A DNA stretch of 64,000 nucleotides from the human T2T-CHM13v2.0 reference genome, Homo sapiens, in the NCBI RefSeq assembly GCF_009914755.1, contig NC_060934.1. One strand, 5' to 3'. Each line of letters starts with the position of its first letter. Positions within the stretch are counted from its first letter, which is position 1. Both the position numbers and the translations under genes were made by a program. Positions 45,261 to 59,020 of this stretch are shown here, in pieces. The notes under the pieces were generated by a model that was not told where the DNA came from, ran no database searches, and saw only the letters and a program-made list of their open reading frames with translations.

Positions 45261-45949
45261 TGAGATCTTATTTACTTCTTAATAGTCCAGTTTAATGTTA
45301 AGAAACCATAATTCCTGTCATGTCAAAGGAACTGCGATCATAAATTTTGAGTTTATCTGAACTACTGTTCACCAGAAGTTAAAAATAACAGTGTTATTAG
45401 TTACATTTTTATATCACTGCCAATCTCAAAGTGAACTTGAGATAACTTAATAAACACACAAAACAATGAGAGAGATAGAAACAACATTTTTAAAATCAAG
45501 ACAACAGAAAGTAGAGGCAAAATGGTAAAATGAAGTAAGAGGGAAGTTTAGTGAAACAAAATGCATATCTTCAGGTCCAAAAATCTACTAATTTTGGTCC
45601 ACTGTTTTGGCCTTAAGCTTCTTAGAGGTCAAAGCAAAAAGGAAAATGTAATCAATTTTAAAATGTACATTGTTAAAGAAAAGAAAATCAAAAGATTTTT
45701 GGCTTTTAAATCTAAGGGAAATTCATAAGGTTTATTGCAGAAGGGACTCCAGATAGTATCTCAACAAGATTCCTAAAATGAAAGAAAAAGTAGGGGTTTT
45801 GGAGAACAAAGCTCTGACGCCGTCTATGTAGAATGCTTTCCTAGGGCCCTTTGTCTGGTAAGAGCTCCCCTTTTCCTCCGAGGACCAACTCTCTGACTCT
45901 TCATAGTCCTGGTAGGGATATCAATGACCATGCCCTATTCCTTCCACCT

Positions 45950-46380
45950 TGAATACTGCTGTACAACAAACCACACCAAAATGCAGAGGCTACAGGGCAG
46001 TCCTTTAGCTCGTGCATCTACAGGTAGATCATTCTGTCTGAGCTTGGCCTCACAGTTCTATTCTTGGCTGGGTTCTCTCCCAATCCAGGGGCTGTCTGGC
46101 CATTGCAGGGGCATTTGGGTATCTTGGTCCTGTCCCACAGGTCCCTCAGCCTTTAGTATGCTGGCCTGGCATGTTGTCATGGTATGGCACAGCTCCGGGA
46201 GTAGAAGCAGAGGTATGAAGATGCCTTTTTCAACCTCGGTTTGTGTCATATCTATTAATGTCTGATGGACCAGATGAATCACATAGCCACACTCAGAATG
46301 AAAAGGTGGAGAGGTGAATTTGTGGGAGGATTGCAAAATCACATGGAAAAGGCTGTGGGTAAAGGAAGTGTGAGTGCCAC
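45950..46380. mobile_element. MLT1-type MaLR LTR
   Basis: tgctgtacaacaaaccacaccaaaat...gggaggattgcaaaatcacatggaaaagg. Confidence 0.55.
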
Positions 46381-46659
46381 AACTCATCACAGGGGACAGT
46401 GATCTAGGCTTAGAAAGTGGGGAGGAAGTGCACTTTCCACTGGGTTGCCCAACTGAGACTTCGGGGAGCCATGTTTTTCACTACTTGCTGCAGGAGGGAA
46501 TGGGTATTCAAAAAGAAGAGGAGAGGGGTGGATCAGACACATGCAGAAAGAAAGAGCCCGGTGCTATAAAGTCCCTGAAGCTCTTCCAGTGTGTCTGCAG
46601 GTCACTCCAGTACCCAAACCAGCCCCTGAGCTAGTACTTTTTCCTGTTTGCTATATCAG

Positions 46660-46900
46660 GCGGTACTCAAGAGTGAATGCTGCAGCCAGTCTACCTGGGT
46701 ACAAATTCCAGCTGTGGCTGAATAACTGTGTGGCTTGGAGGCAAGTTGCCTCATTTCTTTGTGCCTCAGTTTTTTCATCTATAAGATGGGGATAATGATA
46801 ATCTTACCTCTCAGAGCTGTTGTGAAGATCGAATATATTGATATTGGGAAGGACTTAGAACAGTGCCTGGCATATATTAATAAATGTGTGGTAATTATTT
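46660..46900 (+). mobile_element. MIR
   Basis: gtgcctcagttttttcatctataagatggggataatgataatcttacctc...agaacagtgcctggcatata. Confidence 0.85.
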
Positions 46901-47149
46901 TTTGCTGACATTAGTTTGAATTGTGTCCCTGTCAATAGATTGGATTTCGTGGGTGGCATCTCAGGTGGATTTGATGGAAAGACAAAGCTGTCTCTCATGG
47001 GAGCTGGGCTCCTACTTTCACCCAAAGGCACTGAACTGCATCCCAATTGCCAAATCTACCAACCAAGAAAAAATAAACCCAATACCTTCCACGGGAATTA
47101 CCCTAATCTGTGACTGGCCTGGTGAGTGTGTCATTTATAGAGTCACCAT

Positions 47150-47720
47150 AACCACAGAACGTGGTACATGCCAGCAATCTTCGGGGACCTTAGTGCTCCC
47201 CTTCCAGATATAGAGCAAGGTTTGCCTGAGTCCAGGACCTGGCCGAGTGGGCCAGATTGCTGTGTGGGTTTATGGAACAGAGTGTGATGATAATGGGCTT
47301 CTAGATTCTTTCGGTGCAGACTCCACCTCCCTGCCTGCAGCCAATACGGAGCCCTGACAGGAAATACAAAGCCGCTGACAGCCCCAGACTTGTCCGCACC
47401 ACCATCAGGGCTCTGAGCAGCCGAGCTGGAGCCCCCTCTCCCTCCAGGTCGGCCATCCGGCTGGGTCGGCTCAGTCAACAGCAGTTTACAGTTTGGCTGA
47501 CTACAGCCTGACTCCACAAGGGGAATAAAGCCCAGCATTGTGCTGGGCTTGCAACATCTTTCCCCGTCCAGAGTTCCTGATGTGTTTGTTACACAGGATC
47601 TGGTCTGAATGTTTCCTTTGTCGCAGACCTTCACGTGCTGAGGTGGGTCTGCCTTCTCCGCGGCAGTCCTGGGTTAAATAAATACATTAAGGCAACATAC
47701 ACGGCTTGACACTGGAGCCA
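47150..47720. promoter_or_regulatory. Candidate enhancer/promoter (unique, CpG-retaining)
   Basis: About 17 CpG in ~550 bp of non-repeat DNA; E-box CACGTG 47632-47637, ARE-type TGACTGAGC (minus, 47469-47477), ETS caggaaat, forkhead-like motifs. Confidence 0.45.
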
Positions 47721-48364
47721 GCCTCAATAACTCAAATAATTCATGTGGCAAAAGATGGAGCCTCTGTGGTTTTGAATTCATTTAAAGATGGATTTCTTTG
47801 TTCACTTCCTTTGCTCGAGGAGAACACAAACTGGGAAGGGGCCGCCATGCTCCAACTCAGCTGGCCATTTTTCTCCAGCAAGTCTGTTTGAGAGTTTCTA
47901 AATCCCGTGCAGATGAACACAGAACATGACCTTCAGCCAGTTATAGGATACCATGCTGACATCACCACATAAATATACACTCCCGAGAAAGCTGTGATTA
48001 AGCTCCGCGCAGATTTTTATCACTTTTCCAGTGCACCGGCAGGCTGCTTGTTCGCCATGCACCTTTACAAAACTCATAATATTTAGAAATGTGCTGTGTT
48101 AGCCCCAGAGGCTTAAATAAACTAAAGCCTGTGAAGGTTTTAATGTAACAAGTTACCTTCACATGTGAAATTACGAGTCTACATGATACTCAATAAGGCC
48201 AACATTGTACACACTCTGTTCTTTTGGGATCTTATGTACATTTATCCTGACATATCTGTTTCAGTTTTTTAAGAACGGAAAATATTTCTATTTCAATACC
48301 ACCATACATGTTCATGACACTAAAGAATGAGTGAGATTGTATATTTAAAGAAATTCAGAGTCTC

Positions 48365-48664
<300 letters not shown>

Positions 48665-48766
48665 TATTCAGAATCTCTACTCAAGGAGTTTGTGCTTTAA
48701 GGCCAACAGAAGGATGGGTGGGAGGGTGCTGTCATTGTAATCTCCTATAAAATCACCAAGTTTTCA

Positions 48767-49074
<308 letters not shown>

Positions 49075-49123
49075 TTCATTTACTTTTAAAAGTGCAGATA
49101 AAAGATTTGTTTTATGAGTATAG

Positions 49124-49349
49124 CAGAGATTCTCAACTGAGACAATTTTGCCCCCCAGGGGACACTTAGCAATGCCTAGAGATATTTTTTGGTTGTTACA
49201 ACTGGAGAAGCAGGGTACTATTGGCATCTAGAGGGTAGAAATCATGATGCCAATATCTATGTATGTATCCTTCCATACACAGGACAGCCCCCCTCAACAA
49301 AGAATTGCTCATTCCAAAATGCCAACAGTACCATGCTTCAGAAACCCTA
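49124..49349. mobile_element. MER20
   Basis: ttctcaact...ttttgccccccaggggacacttagcaatg...acaggacagcccccctcaacaaagaatt. Confidence 0.85.
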
Positions 49350-50208
49350 AGGTACAGTACATTTGGGAGGAGGGGTTGGGACAGCATATGTTCTAACAGG
49401 CTGGATGACTGTAAACTTTTTAAGGTGCTATGCAAACACTAACCTTGCCTTCTAGTCAATTTACTGGCTGCTAAACATTGTTTCAAAATTCTGACTCTCC
49501 ATTTATCCTAAGCACATTGCTATAAAATGCCTTATTGATGAGGCTTGCCTGGCCCAAAATCTAAACAGGGCTGCTCAAGTTTTCTCTTTTTAAAAGAGAA
49601 AAATAAAAAACTTTTCTTTTTTACTTTGAAATGATGTTAAACTAAACATGTAGTTTCTAACATAGTAGACAGTACCTTCACCCTGCTTTCCCCCAGTGAC
49701 AGCATCTTACATAACTATAGTATAATATCAAAACCAGAAAACTGATATTGGTATGATACTATTAAACTACAATCTGATTTGGACTTTACTACTTTGCTCA
49801 AGTTTTAAATAATAAAACATTTTAAATTTTATTTCTCCCAAAATATTCAACTTTATTCTTGTAGAAATGCTTACCATGAAAAACAAAACAATGATGATCT
49901 TTCTGCTTCTAAATGATCCTCATTGCCAAGGTGCTACCCGTTGCGAGAAAAGAAAGTGACCGGTGGAAATAATTGGCTTGTAGTTTTATTAATCAGTCTC
50001 TACCCTCTTCAAAACAAAGACTCCCATGATATTTTCTGGCTGTCAGTGCCTTCTTGTTGTTATTGTTGTTTTGATCGGTTTACATGTCCTTCAAAGGCTC
50101 AAGTATTGAACATTAGGACCAAAGGTAACAAATTTCTCAACCTTCACCCCCACACCCCTCACCCCGACACTACAGCCTCCTGGAAGCACTCTGCAGAACT
50201 TCCCTGCC

Positions 50209-50209
50209 A

Positions 50210-50241
<32 letters not shown>

Positions 50242-50483
50242 TTACTGGGTTTACACCGTCGGTGCCCCTGTTTTTCAGGCCTTCAGATTCAGACTAGTAC
50301 TATTGTATTATAGTACCAAGAGCAGAAGATAAATGAGATGTCCTAGCCATATGTGTATGTGTGTGTATATATATACATATATATACAAAAACTATATATA
50401 TACACACACACATATATATACAAAAACTGTATATATATATATACACACAAAAAAATATATATATATATATAAACTATATATAT
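50209..50483. repeat. (TA)n/(TG)n low-complexity tracts enclosing a rearranged MLT2B-like fragment (50246-50347)
   Basis: Direct reading; fragment aligns to 51989-52074. Confidence 0.8.
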
Positions 50484-51125
50484 AGTTTTTGGATGTTTTT
50501 AAGGGAATCTTTTACAAATACAAATGGAGTGCCCTGCTGCAGACCCACCCGAGGGAAGGTGGGAAGGTGTTGTCTTTACTGCCGCACAGCTATTAAGACC
50601 TTCAGGTGTAATGATCGGGATAAGATACATGCTGCTTCTACCTTCAGCATCCTTCAAGAGCATAGGAGAGGAGGCATTGTGAGGACCTGGGCCCCAAGTG
50701 GGATTCCTTATGTTGTTCTAACCTCAGAAAGAAAAATACACTCAAAGACAGCCAGAAAAAGCCCTAGCAGAGGGGCTTTAGCGTGGACTTTTAGAGCACC
50801 ATCTGAGAAGGTCGGCATTCAGTGGAAGAGAAAGCCTCAGACCATGGAGAACTGAGTTCAAGGGTTGGTCCTGCCACTTTCTGGCTATGAAGCCTTGGAG
50901 AAGGCACTGAACTAAGCTTGGTTTCTCTATCAATAAAACAGTGACACTGGTATCAATCCCGGTAAATACAGAAGGTGGTGTGACGGTCGCTGACCTGCTT
51001 CATTGGAAGGTGTCTTTTATAATAGGAGAAATGAAAAAAATAGGGTGTCCTCATATAGTGAAAGTAAATAGAGCTACAGCCACACACATCAACATGAAGA
51101 AACCCTGCAAATACAAATAATACAA

Positions 51126-52325
51126 TGTATTAATCAGATTTCTCCATGGAAACAAGGAAAGAGAACCAATGTGTTATATACATATATAATATATGGATGT
51201 AATATTACATATATGTATATAATATATATGTATGTAATATTACATATGTGTATTATATATGTAATATTACATATATATAACATATTGTTCTCTTTATTAA
51301 TACATATATTGTATTATATATATGCTATGTAATATATAATTACATAATTATATAATATATACATGTATAATTACATACCTACATAATACATATATGCATT
51401 ACATACATATATATTACATAGCATATACACACATACATATAATATACATGTATTACATATGTATATTCATATAGTGTGTGTGTGTGTATGTGTGTGTCTG
51501 TGTGTGTGTGTATAAAATGTATTATGAGAAATTGACTCACACAATTATGGAGGCTGAGAAGTCCCATGAACCACTGATATGTTTGGCTGTGTCCTCACCC
51601 AAATCTCATCTTGAATTGTAGCTACCATAATTCCCATGTGCTGTGGGTGAGACCCAGTGGGAGATAACTGAATCATGGGGGTGGTTTCACCAATACTGTT
51701 CTCATAGTAGTGAATAAGTCTCATGAGATCTGATGGTTTTATAAGGCGTTTCCCCTTTCACTTGGCTCTCATTCTCTCTTGCCTGCCACCATGTAAGATG
51801 TGACTTTTGCCTTCTGTCATGATTGTGAGGCCTCCCCAGCCAGGTGGAACTGTGAGTCCAGTAAACTCGTTTTTCTTTATAAATACCCAGTCTTGGGTAT
51901 GTCTTCATCAGCAGCATGAGAACAGACTAATACAGCTACCATCTGCAAGCTGGAGACCCAGGGGGAAAAAAAAGAGTGGTATAATATCAGTCTGAATCTG
52001 AAGGCCTGAGAACTGGGGGAGCTGATGGTGTAAACCCCACTCCCAGAGCAGAAGATGAGATGAGATGTCCTAGCTTAAGCAGTGAGGCAGGGGAAAAAAG
52101 GAGGAGCAAATTTCTCTTTCCTCCTTCTTTTGTTCTATCCAGGCTCTCAACAGATTAGATGATGACCACCAGCTCTGGGGAGGGCAGTCTGTTTTACTGA
52201 GTCCCCCAATGTAAATGCTCATCTCATCTGGAAACATCCTCACAGACACACTCAGAAATAATGTTTAACCAGCCATCTGGGCATCCTTCATCCAGTCAAG
52301 TTGACACATAAAATTAACTATCACA
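51126..52325 (-). mobile_element. MLT2B-type ERVL LTR with expanded AT-rich tract (51175-51511) and nested THE1
   Basis: aattgactcacacaattatggaggctgagaagtcccatga...cagtcaagttgacacataaaattaactatcaca. Confidence 0.85.
51575..51934 (+). mobile_element. THE1 (B/C-like) solo LTR
   Basis: tgatatgtttggctgtgtcctcacccaaatctcatcttgaattgtagc...gaacagactaataca. Confidence 0.92.
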
Positions 52326-55079
52326 TACAACGTTGGGCAAAAAAAGTTGTAAAAGAACACATAAGGTATGATATACCATTCATACAAACATATAAAACCA
52401 TACTATATGTATAGCGTAAGGATATACATTGATGTAGTGAAAGTAGAAAGCAATGCATGAGAATGATAAGAATCCAGTTCAGGTTAAGAGTTACCTCTGG
52501 AAAAGGGGGAGGGCAGGGAAGGAGATTGAGGAAGGTATACATGATGGATTTAACTGTGCTGGCAATATTTATTTCTTAACCTTGGAGGGTGCCTATGTGA
52601 GATGCCTTCCATTATTCTTGATAGATTCTTTAAATGTCTTTAATATTTCTAAATGCTCAAGTTTTTTTTAATTGCTATCATTGTTGACAGAGGCCTTGAG
52701 TGTGGAATACAGTGTGTGGGTTGAGAACATGGGGCTGGCCTGAATGAGAACTCCATCACATTTTTACCCTGGGCAATTGCTTAAAACTGGCCTATGCCTT
52801 AGGTTCCTCATTTGTCAAGAGCACCTACTTCATAATATGACTTGGGAGGCTTAAACAAGATAATGTTTAAAGCTCACTCACCACCATGCTTGATGCATAA
52901 TCACCTCTCAAGAAACGTTAGATTTTAGCTACTGCACAGTACATGAGATTACCTGATCATCATGATAACTCATCGATTGACAATGGAGTAACACTGTGTA
53001 CAAATAATATAGATGCTTCCATCTTCTGCTAATTGTAACGTAATATTTAGGGCATAGAATAATGTTATTATTCCAACCTCAGATTTATGAGCCAGAACCT
53101 TACTTGACTAACTTAGGTCACTCCGCTGAAATATCTTGTGGGGAGATAGTTGAATCTTTGTTTGGATTCTTGCCAGTGGCCATAAAAATTCTTTGCCACT
53201 CAGTAAGGTTATGTGTTATAGCCATGTAGGAACTCTGGATATCAGAACTTTCACTTTTTGGCTGTGCCAGGTAAACCTAAATTTAAGATACCTTCAGTGG
53301 TTTTAAGATTTATGGCATCAAATTCTAACCTCCTGGCCCCAGGCCCATGCAAGCTATGTTTCTTACCTCTATATAATGTTACCCTCGGTAGCCAACTCAC
53401 AAAGCAAGGTGCCTGGAATGATGTTAGCTTCAATGCCAAAATATCAGTGAAATGGAAAAGACCTTAATAACTGTAAGCCACATTTATGTCTCTATATTCT
53501 CCAGCATTTGAGCCAATGTGGAGATATTTCCCTTTGCCCTGTTACCCTCAAGTAATCTTGTTAAAATCTGAGAGAGCCTTGCTATCTTAAAACAGCCCTG
53601 TCCTCTGGAGTTGACCCACCAATTGCTGGGCTTTCTCCTTAACAAACAGAGCAGAGCAGAGTGGATTACAACATGAAGCCTCAAGTGACCAAAGAAAGGT
53701 AAATGTCACCTACCCCTGCCATCTGCAAGGCTAGACATCCCCCATTTAATCTGTTTTAAGAATGAAAGCGTCTGTCTATTCTTAAACAGCACAGTCCTCC
53801 CAGCCTTTTCTTGGGCCTATAAATGTACTTTTTACATGTAGGTCTGTGAAGTAGGGCCTTGTTGATTCAACATCTGGAACTACTCAGGTGGTTTGTCTCT
53901 GCTGACTTTATGAACAATAAAAGCAAACCACTGGATGATTCCTGGATATTTAAACTCGGGGTATAGGCATCCTTGCCTCATTGCTGACAAACACAAGATT
54001 TTAATTTTTCCTACTAGAGCCAAATGCAACAAATGTGGTTATGAATAGAAGGCTAAGTGTTCTCCTTAAAAATAGGCTACTTGTCTGAGGTATAATTTTA
54101 TTTATTTATTTTTCTTTAATCAGCTGAATTTAAGATTCATCTAAGGTATGGTTTTTTAACTGTGGGGCACATAACTCAGAATTTCCAAAGTCCTTGCAAA
54201 TCTCGAGTCTGTTCTCAAACCCAACTACAGTCCCACTTCAAAGAAATAGACTCAAGTTGATCACTTTCTAACTATAGTTTCTGCAAAGACTGAGAAGAAA
54301 CCTATCATACTACTATGGAGACACCACAGTCAACCCCACTCCTGGAACTACTTAATCAACACCATTTTTTGTTATGTGGGGAAAGACTTCTCTAAAGTGA
54401 TCCTAGGCTGTTTTCAGCTAAGATTCAATTTTATGACTATCCTTAGAAATGTCACCAAAACCAAGAAGAATGAGTCATTGAGGCCAAGTATGGGAAAGGA
54501 AAAACCAACTGCATAGACTGGATTGGAAAATATAGAAAAATATGTGACTGTGCTGTGAAAATATCACCTGGTAGTCATAGTATATTATAAGCTGATATAA
54601 ATAATACAATGTCATAATGTTATAAAGTGCTAAAATACATGGTTCATTAAGAGTCTTAAGATGAGGTATCAACAGAACTTTTAACATGGACCTCTGGGAA
54701 CAATGCTAACCTACTATACTCTAAGACTCTCTAGGATAAGAATCACCTTTCTTTGTCTCTGTCTTTCTTTGTCTCTCCTCCAAGCACCACGTCTGGTCCA
54801 CAGTAGGTACTTACTGCATGTTTCATTCTGGATTGCAAGTGCTAGAAATGGCTTTATGACTTTATTAAGTAAAATGTTAGCAAAACTACAATGTTTCGAA
54901 GAAGTACCTTGACACCTGCCTACTCCATGGAAATTTCAAAATGCAGACCCAAAGAAAGATATTGTGATCCTCCTCACAATTTACTAACAAGAAATAATCC
55001 CTCATGTATACACCGATCATGTTCAGGAAGGTGACTTGGGAAAATAGTTGTTTGGAACTGGAGTCCCCTCTGTTTCACT

Positions 55080-55800
55080 CTGCCCAGCAGCCAAGATGGT
55101 CTTTTCTAAATGTGGATTATGTCATCTCACTGTCCCACTTTCAAGGGCTCACCATTGTCCTTTCCTTAAGGCTAAAAATCTCCTCCAGAACCTGCCTCCT
55201 GCCTAATCTGCAGCTCCTATTCTTAATATACTCCAGGAGCACTGGTCTCCATCATGTCCATATAAAAAGACCAGACTCTGTCTTCTCACATGGCCTCTGC
55301 ATTTGAGCTTCCATCTGCCTATTTATGTTCTTTACCCACTTCTGCATGTTGTTAGCTCCCAAACATCTCAATACAAATGCTACCTCCTCAAAGAGGTCTC
55401 TTCTGAGCACTCAGCCCAGAGAAGTTCCCACCAGGCCATTGGATGTTCCTCAATATCACATCCTCTTGTTTGTTTACTTCTCATGTTGCAGAGGGCAGCA
55501 CCAGCAAAAGAGTAGAAATGGTGGGAAACATGGTTAACAAAGTATTTGGTTTGGGCCAAATTTCATAAGGCCTTCAGCGTCAGTGATGGAGTTCAGATGG
55601 TATATGGGGAGAAATCTGGCATCAGCTGGGGCAGTTTTAGGACTGGATCATATTGCAGTGTGGACAAGAGGTCATGCTGAAGAGACTGGAGGCAGGAAGC
55701 TCCTCTAGAAGCCACTGTAATAGTCCAGTTAGAGGTAGTGATTACCCATATTAAGGCAATTGAGACAAGATAACGAATAGGAGATACGGTTGAGTTAAAC
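55080..55800. mobile_element. L2 fragments
   Basis: cagcagccaagatggtcttttctaaatgtggattatgtcatctc; gagactggaggcaggaagctcctctagaagccactgtaatagtccag. Confidence 0.6.
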
Positions 55801-56669
55801 AATTCCTGATCTTAAGGAACCTATCTATCAGGGAGTGAAGTTAAGGTTGAAATAACTGAACTGCAAAGCCCTGTAAGGGAAGAACTCCAAGAGAGACACC
55901 TCAAAGGAGAATGGTTCCCCATGAATGGTCCTACTAAATTGACATCATTTCCTCCCTCTCATTATTAAAGCAACGACAATCTCATTCAGTTTCTCTTTGA
56001 GCCTCATGACTTGTCTCTGCAATTTCAGTAAAGTTTGACTTGACTTTTTTTTTCCTGTTTTCCTTTTGAAATTAGATCACTCTTCCAGATTGTTCCAACA
56101 AGATTTCAAAGTAAAGCTATGGAGGGTTAAATGTCAAGCCTTTTAAAGATCTAGCACAAACTTGAAAGAGACTAAATTTTTCAAAAGTATGCTATTTCTC
56201 AGCTGCTGAGTCTGATGTAAAAGTTGAAAAGGAAAACAAATAGTTATCATAAGTGCCTTTTCCTTTACTAGGTAAATATATGAACACAACTTGCTCTACA
56301 GATGAAGTTAACACATACACAGATGGCAGAGGGAAAACTGGAAAGGCAACAGAAAAAATATCACTGTAGATAATGATTGTGTATGTACAAGACGAAAATG
56401 GCCAATTAGTGCTATTATAGCACATGATTGAATATTTGCAAAAATTTTTTTGATTCAGCACTTAACTTTTAATATTTGTGATGTAGCCTGAGAACGCTTA
56501 TGAAGCTAATCACTGGAGAATTGTATAATTCAAACTCAATTAGATAAAATTGCTAATTGCTTTGAATCCAGTGACAATTATACCGTTAATAATATTATTA
56601 AATTGAGACCATTGTAAATAACTTCTGGCTACCAAAGGAAGAAGGAAGAGATAAGACCCGCAGTAATAG

Positions 56670-56880
56670 AGCAGAGTCAGGCAGGTCTGAGCTCTAATCT
56701 CTGATTTATTACTTATCAGCCATGTGACTCTGGACAAACTGTTTACTCTCTATGAAGCTCAGTTTCCTTATCTGTAAGATGGGTTTAATACTACTACTTG
56801 CTTCCTAGGGCTGTTGTAAGGATTAAATTATATATTTGTGCAATGTGCCTTGCACATAAAACTCCTCAACAAATAAGAGT
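56670..56880 (+). mobile_element. MIR
   Basis: tgtgactctggacaaac...ctcagtttccttatctgtaagatggg. Confidence 0.85.
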
Positions 56881-57683
56881 TTTCCTTCTCTTTGGGACCT
56901 GAACAAGACAATGACACTTGGTGCCTCAGTTTCTCGCTGTGCAAGATGACTGACTGCAGGCACTGAATTACTTGGTGAGGGGGATGCCATGATATTTGGT
57001 AAAATGAGCACCAGCTTATAGTGAATATTGTAATTGCCAAAAATTTTGCTGGCTGTCATTCTAAAGACCATGTAGTTTCTATCTTTTCCAAAAACTAAGG
57101 CTAAGTCTATTAAATAAGTTCATGAGGCTTTAAAAGTATTACTTATTACTTCTGCAAAAGATGAGAAAACAAGAGATAATGCAATAACTAACTCAAAATT
57201 TGGGTTTGATTAAGATGACCTGGAATGTACAGAGACAACTGTGAGACCAAAGAAATTTTTCCTATGGTCATTAAACCAAAGAGGTTTTGGCTATACAAAT
57301 CATTTATACTTAACACTTGTTTAATAGGTTGGCGATGCCTTTTAATAAGTATCAAGTATGAAATGTAATGGGAGAGTTTTTAGAAAATGTGTGATTTCAT
57401 ACACCTACCAAGGAATGCCTCGCATTTTATAAAGTCCTCTGTAGGTTCTAAAACACTTTCACTGGCATGACCTCATTGAATCCCTGTTATGCCCCTTTAA
57501 GCCTCTTTAACTGATGAGAAAACAGAGATTCAAGAGATTCAACCACTTGCCCAGCTGGTGTGTAGTGGAACTTTGGCCCAAAATCAGGTCTTCCAAGGCC
57601 AAGTCTGACGATCTTCTCAGTACTGCAGAGTTACTTCTACATGATTGATATCTAATACCGAAGTTAGAAAAGAAAAAAAAAAG

Positions 57684-58110
57684 TATAATATGGGCTGAAT
57701 TGTGTCCCTCCAACATTTGTGTGTTGAAGCTCTAATCCCCTAGTACTTTAGAATATGACTGTATTTGGACAGGGCCCTTAAAGATGTGATTAAGTTAAAA
57801 TGAGGCTGAAACAGTCGCCCTCAATCTGATTGGTGTCCTTATAAAAGAAAACTTGAATACACAGAAAGACACCAGGGATGTGTGCACACAGAGAAGGTCA
57901 TGTGAGGACACATCAAGAAGGCAGACATCTGCAAGCCAAGGAAAGGGGCCTCAGGAGACACTCAACCTCCTGACACCTTAACCTTGGACTTCTAGCTTCC
58001 AGAACTGTGAGAGAATAAATTTCTGTTGTTTAAGTCCCCCTACTCACCCCCTACTCCCGCCCTTCAGCCTGTGGTCTATTGTTATGGCAGCCCTAGAAAA
58101 CTAACTGACA
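57684..58110 (+). mobile_element. MLT1B-like MaLR LTR
   Basis: atgggctgaattgtgtccctcc...gacttctagcttccagaactgtgagagaataaatttctgttgtttaag...ttatggcagccctagaaaactaa. Confidence 0.88.
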
Positions 58111-58254
58111 GTAATACAAGATGAAGAGAGCTTACACCAAAACTAACCACCCAACATTAAAAAATGAACAATTAATTTAACTATATTTGTTATGATTTAA
58201 AATATTTCTCTCTTTCAATCTTCCCATAAATACAAGTCAATTTTCACCTTGGGA

Positions 58255-59020
58255 TGTTTATTGGTCAGGGTCCAATCAGGAAACAGAAACCACACAGTAA
58301 TTTAAATAGGAAAAGTTTAACATAGGATTTATTAACTATAAAATCAGATTAGGGTCATGGGGGATGGGCTACTACTGGATAAACAGAACTCTAAGAAATA
58401 TAGGAATGGCAGGTGTAAGGAGCAGTTACCACACCTAAGGCTTATGGAGAGAGCCTGAGGTAGAGCCTCCGCCCCATCCACCTCAGTCTCGGGGCTGAAT
58501 TGCAGACCTTGTTGGAGAAGGCATGGCCATGGCTCACTGGATGGCAGGGAAGCTGCTGTGGTGCTGTACAAGAAGAACCTGCTGGAAACCTGCCCTTGAG
58601 AGTGCCAGGGAAAGCTGTTCACAGAGCGTTGTCTCTATGACACAAGGCACTAGACTATGAGATTGCCCTGTGGGGAGACAAGGCAAAGCTCCTGGCCACT
58701 GGGTACTGCTGACCATGTACCCTGAGGGGATTGGGGCTGGGAAAGTCACCATTACTGCAGGTGCTGGACACTGCTGAAGCCCTTGGGGCCACCAGAAACC
58801 TGGTGCTAAAGAAGCCCTGCCAGGTGCACAAGACAAGTGAGCTCCCAGAACCGGTAAGAAAAACCCCCTCCTCCTGCAGCATCTCTCCAGCACCTTCCAC
58901 TAACACAGCCTGGTATTATACCAGCTGGAAAGGGCAACATATTTAAAGGGCTCTCTCCATTCTCCAAGGGCAGGCAACGAAGGGTGAATCTGGAGCTGAG
59001 AGGCATGAATAACTGGCACA
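58255..59020. mobile_element. Probable ERVL-class LTR (subfamily uncertain)
   Basis: gtcagggtccaatcaggaaacagaaaccacacagtaattt start and ctggagctgagaggc...aactggcaca end. Confidence 0.55.
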
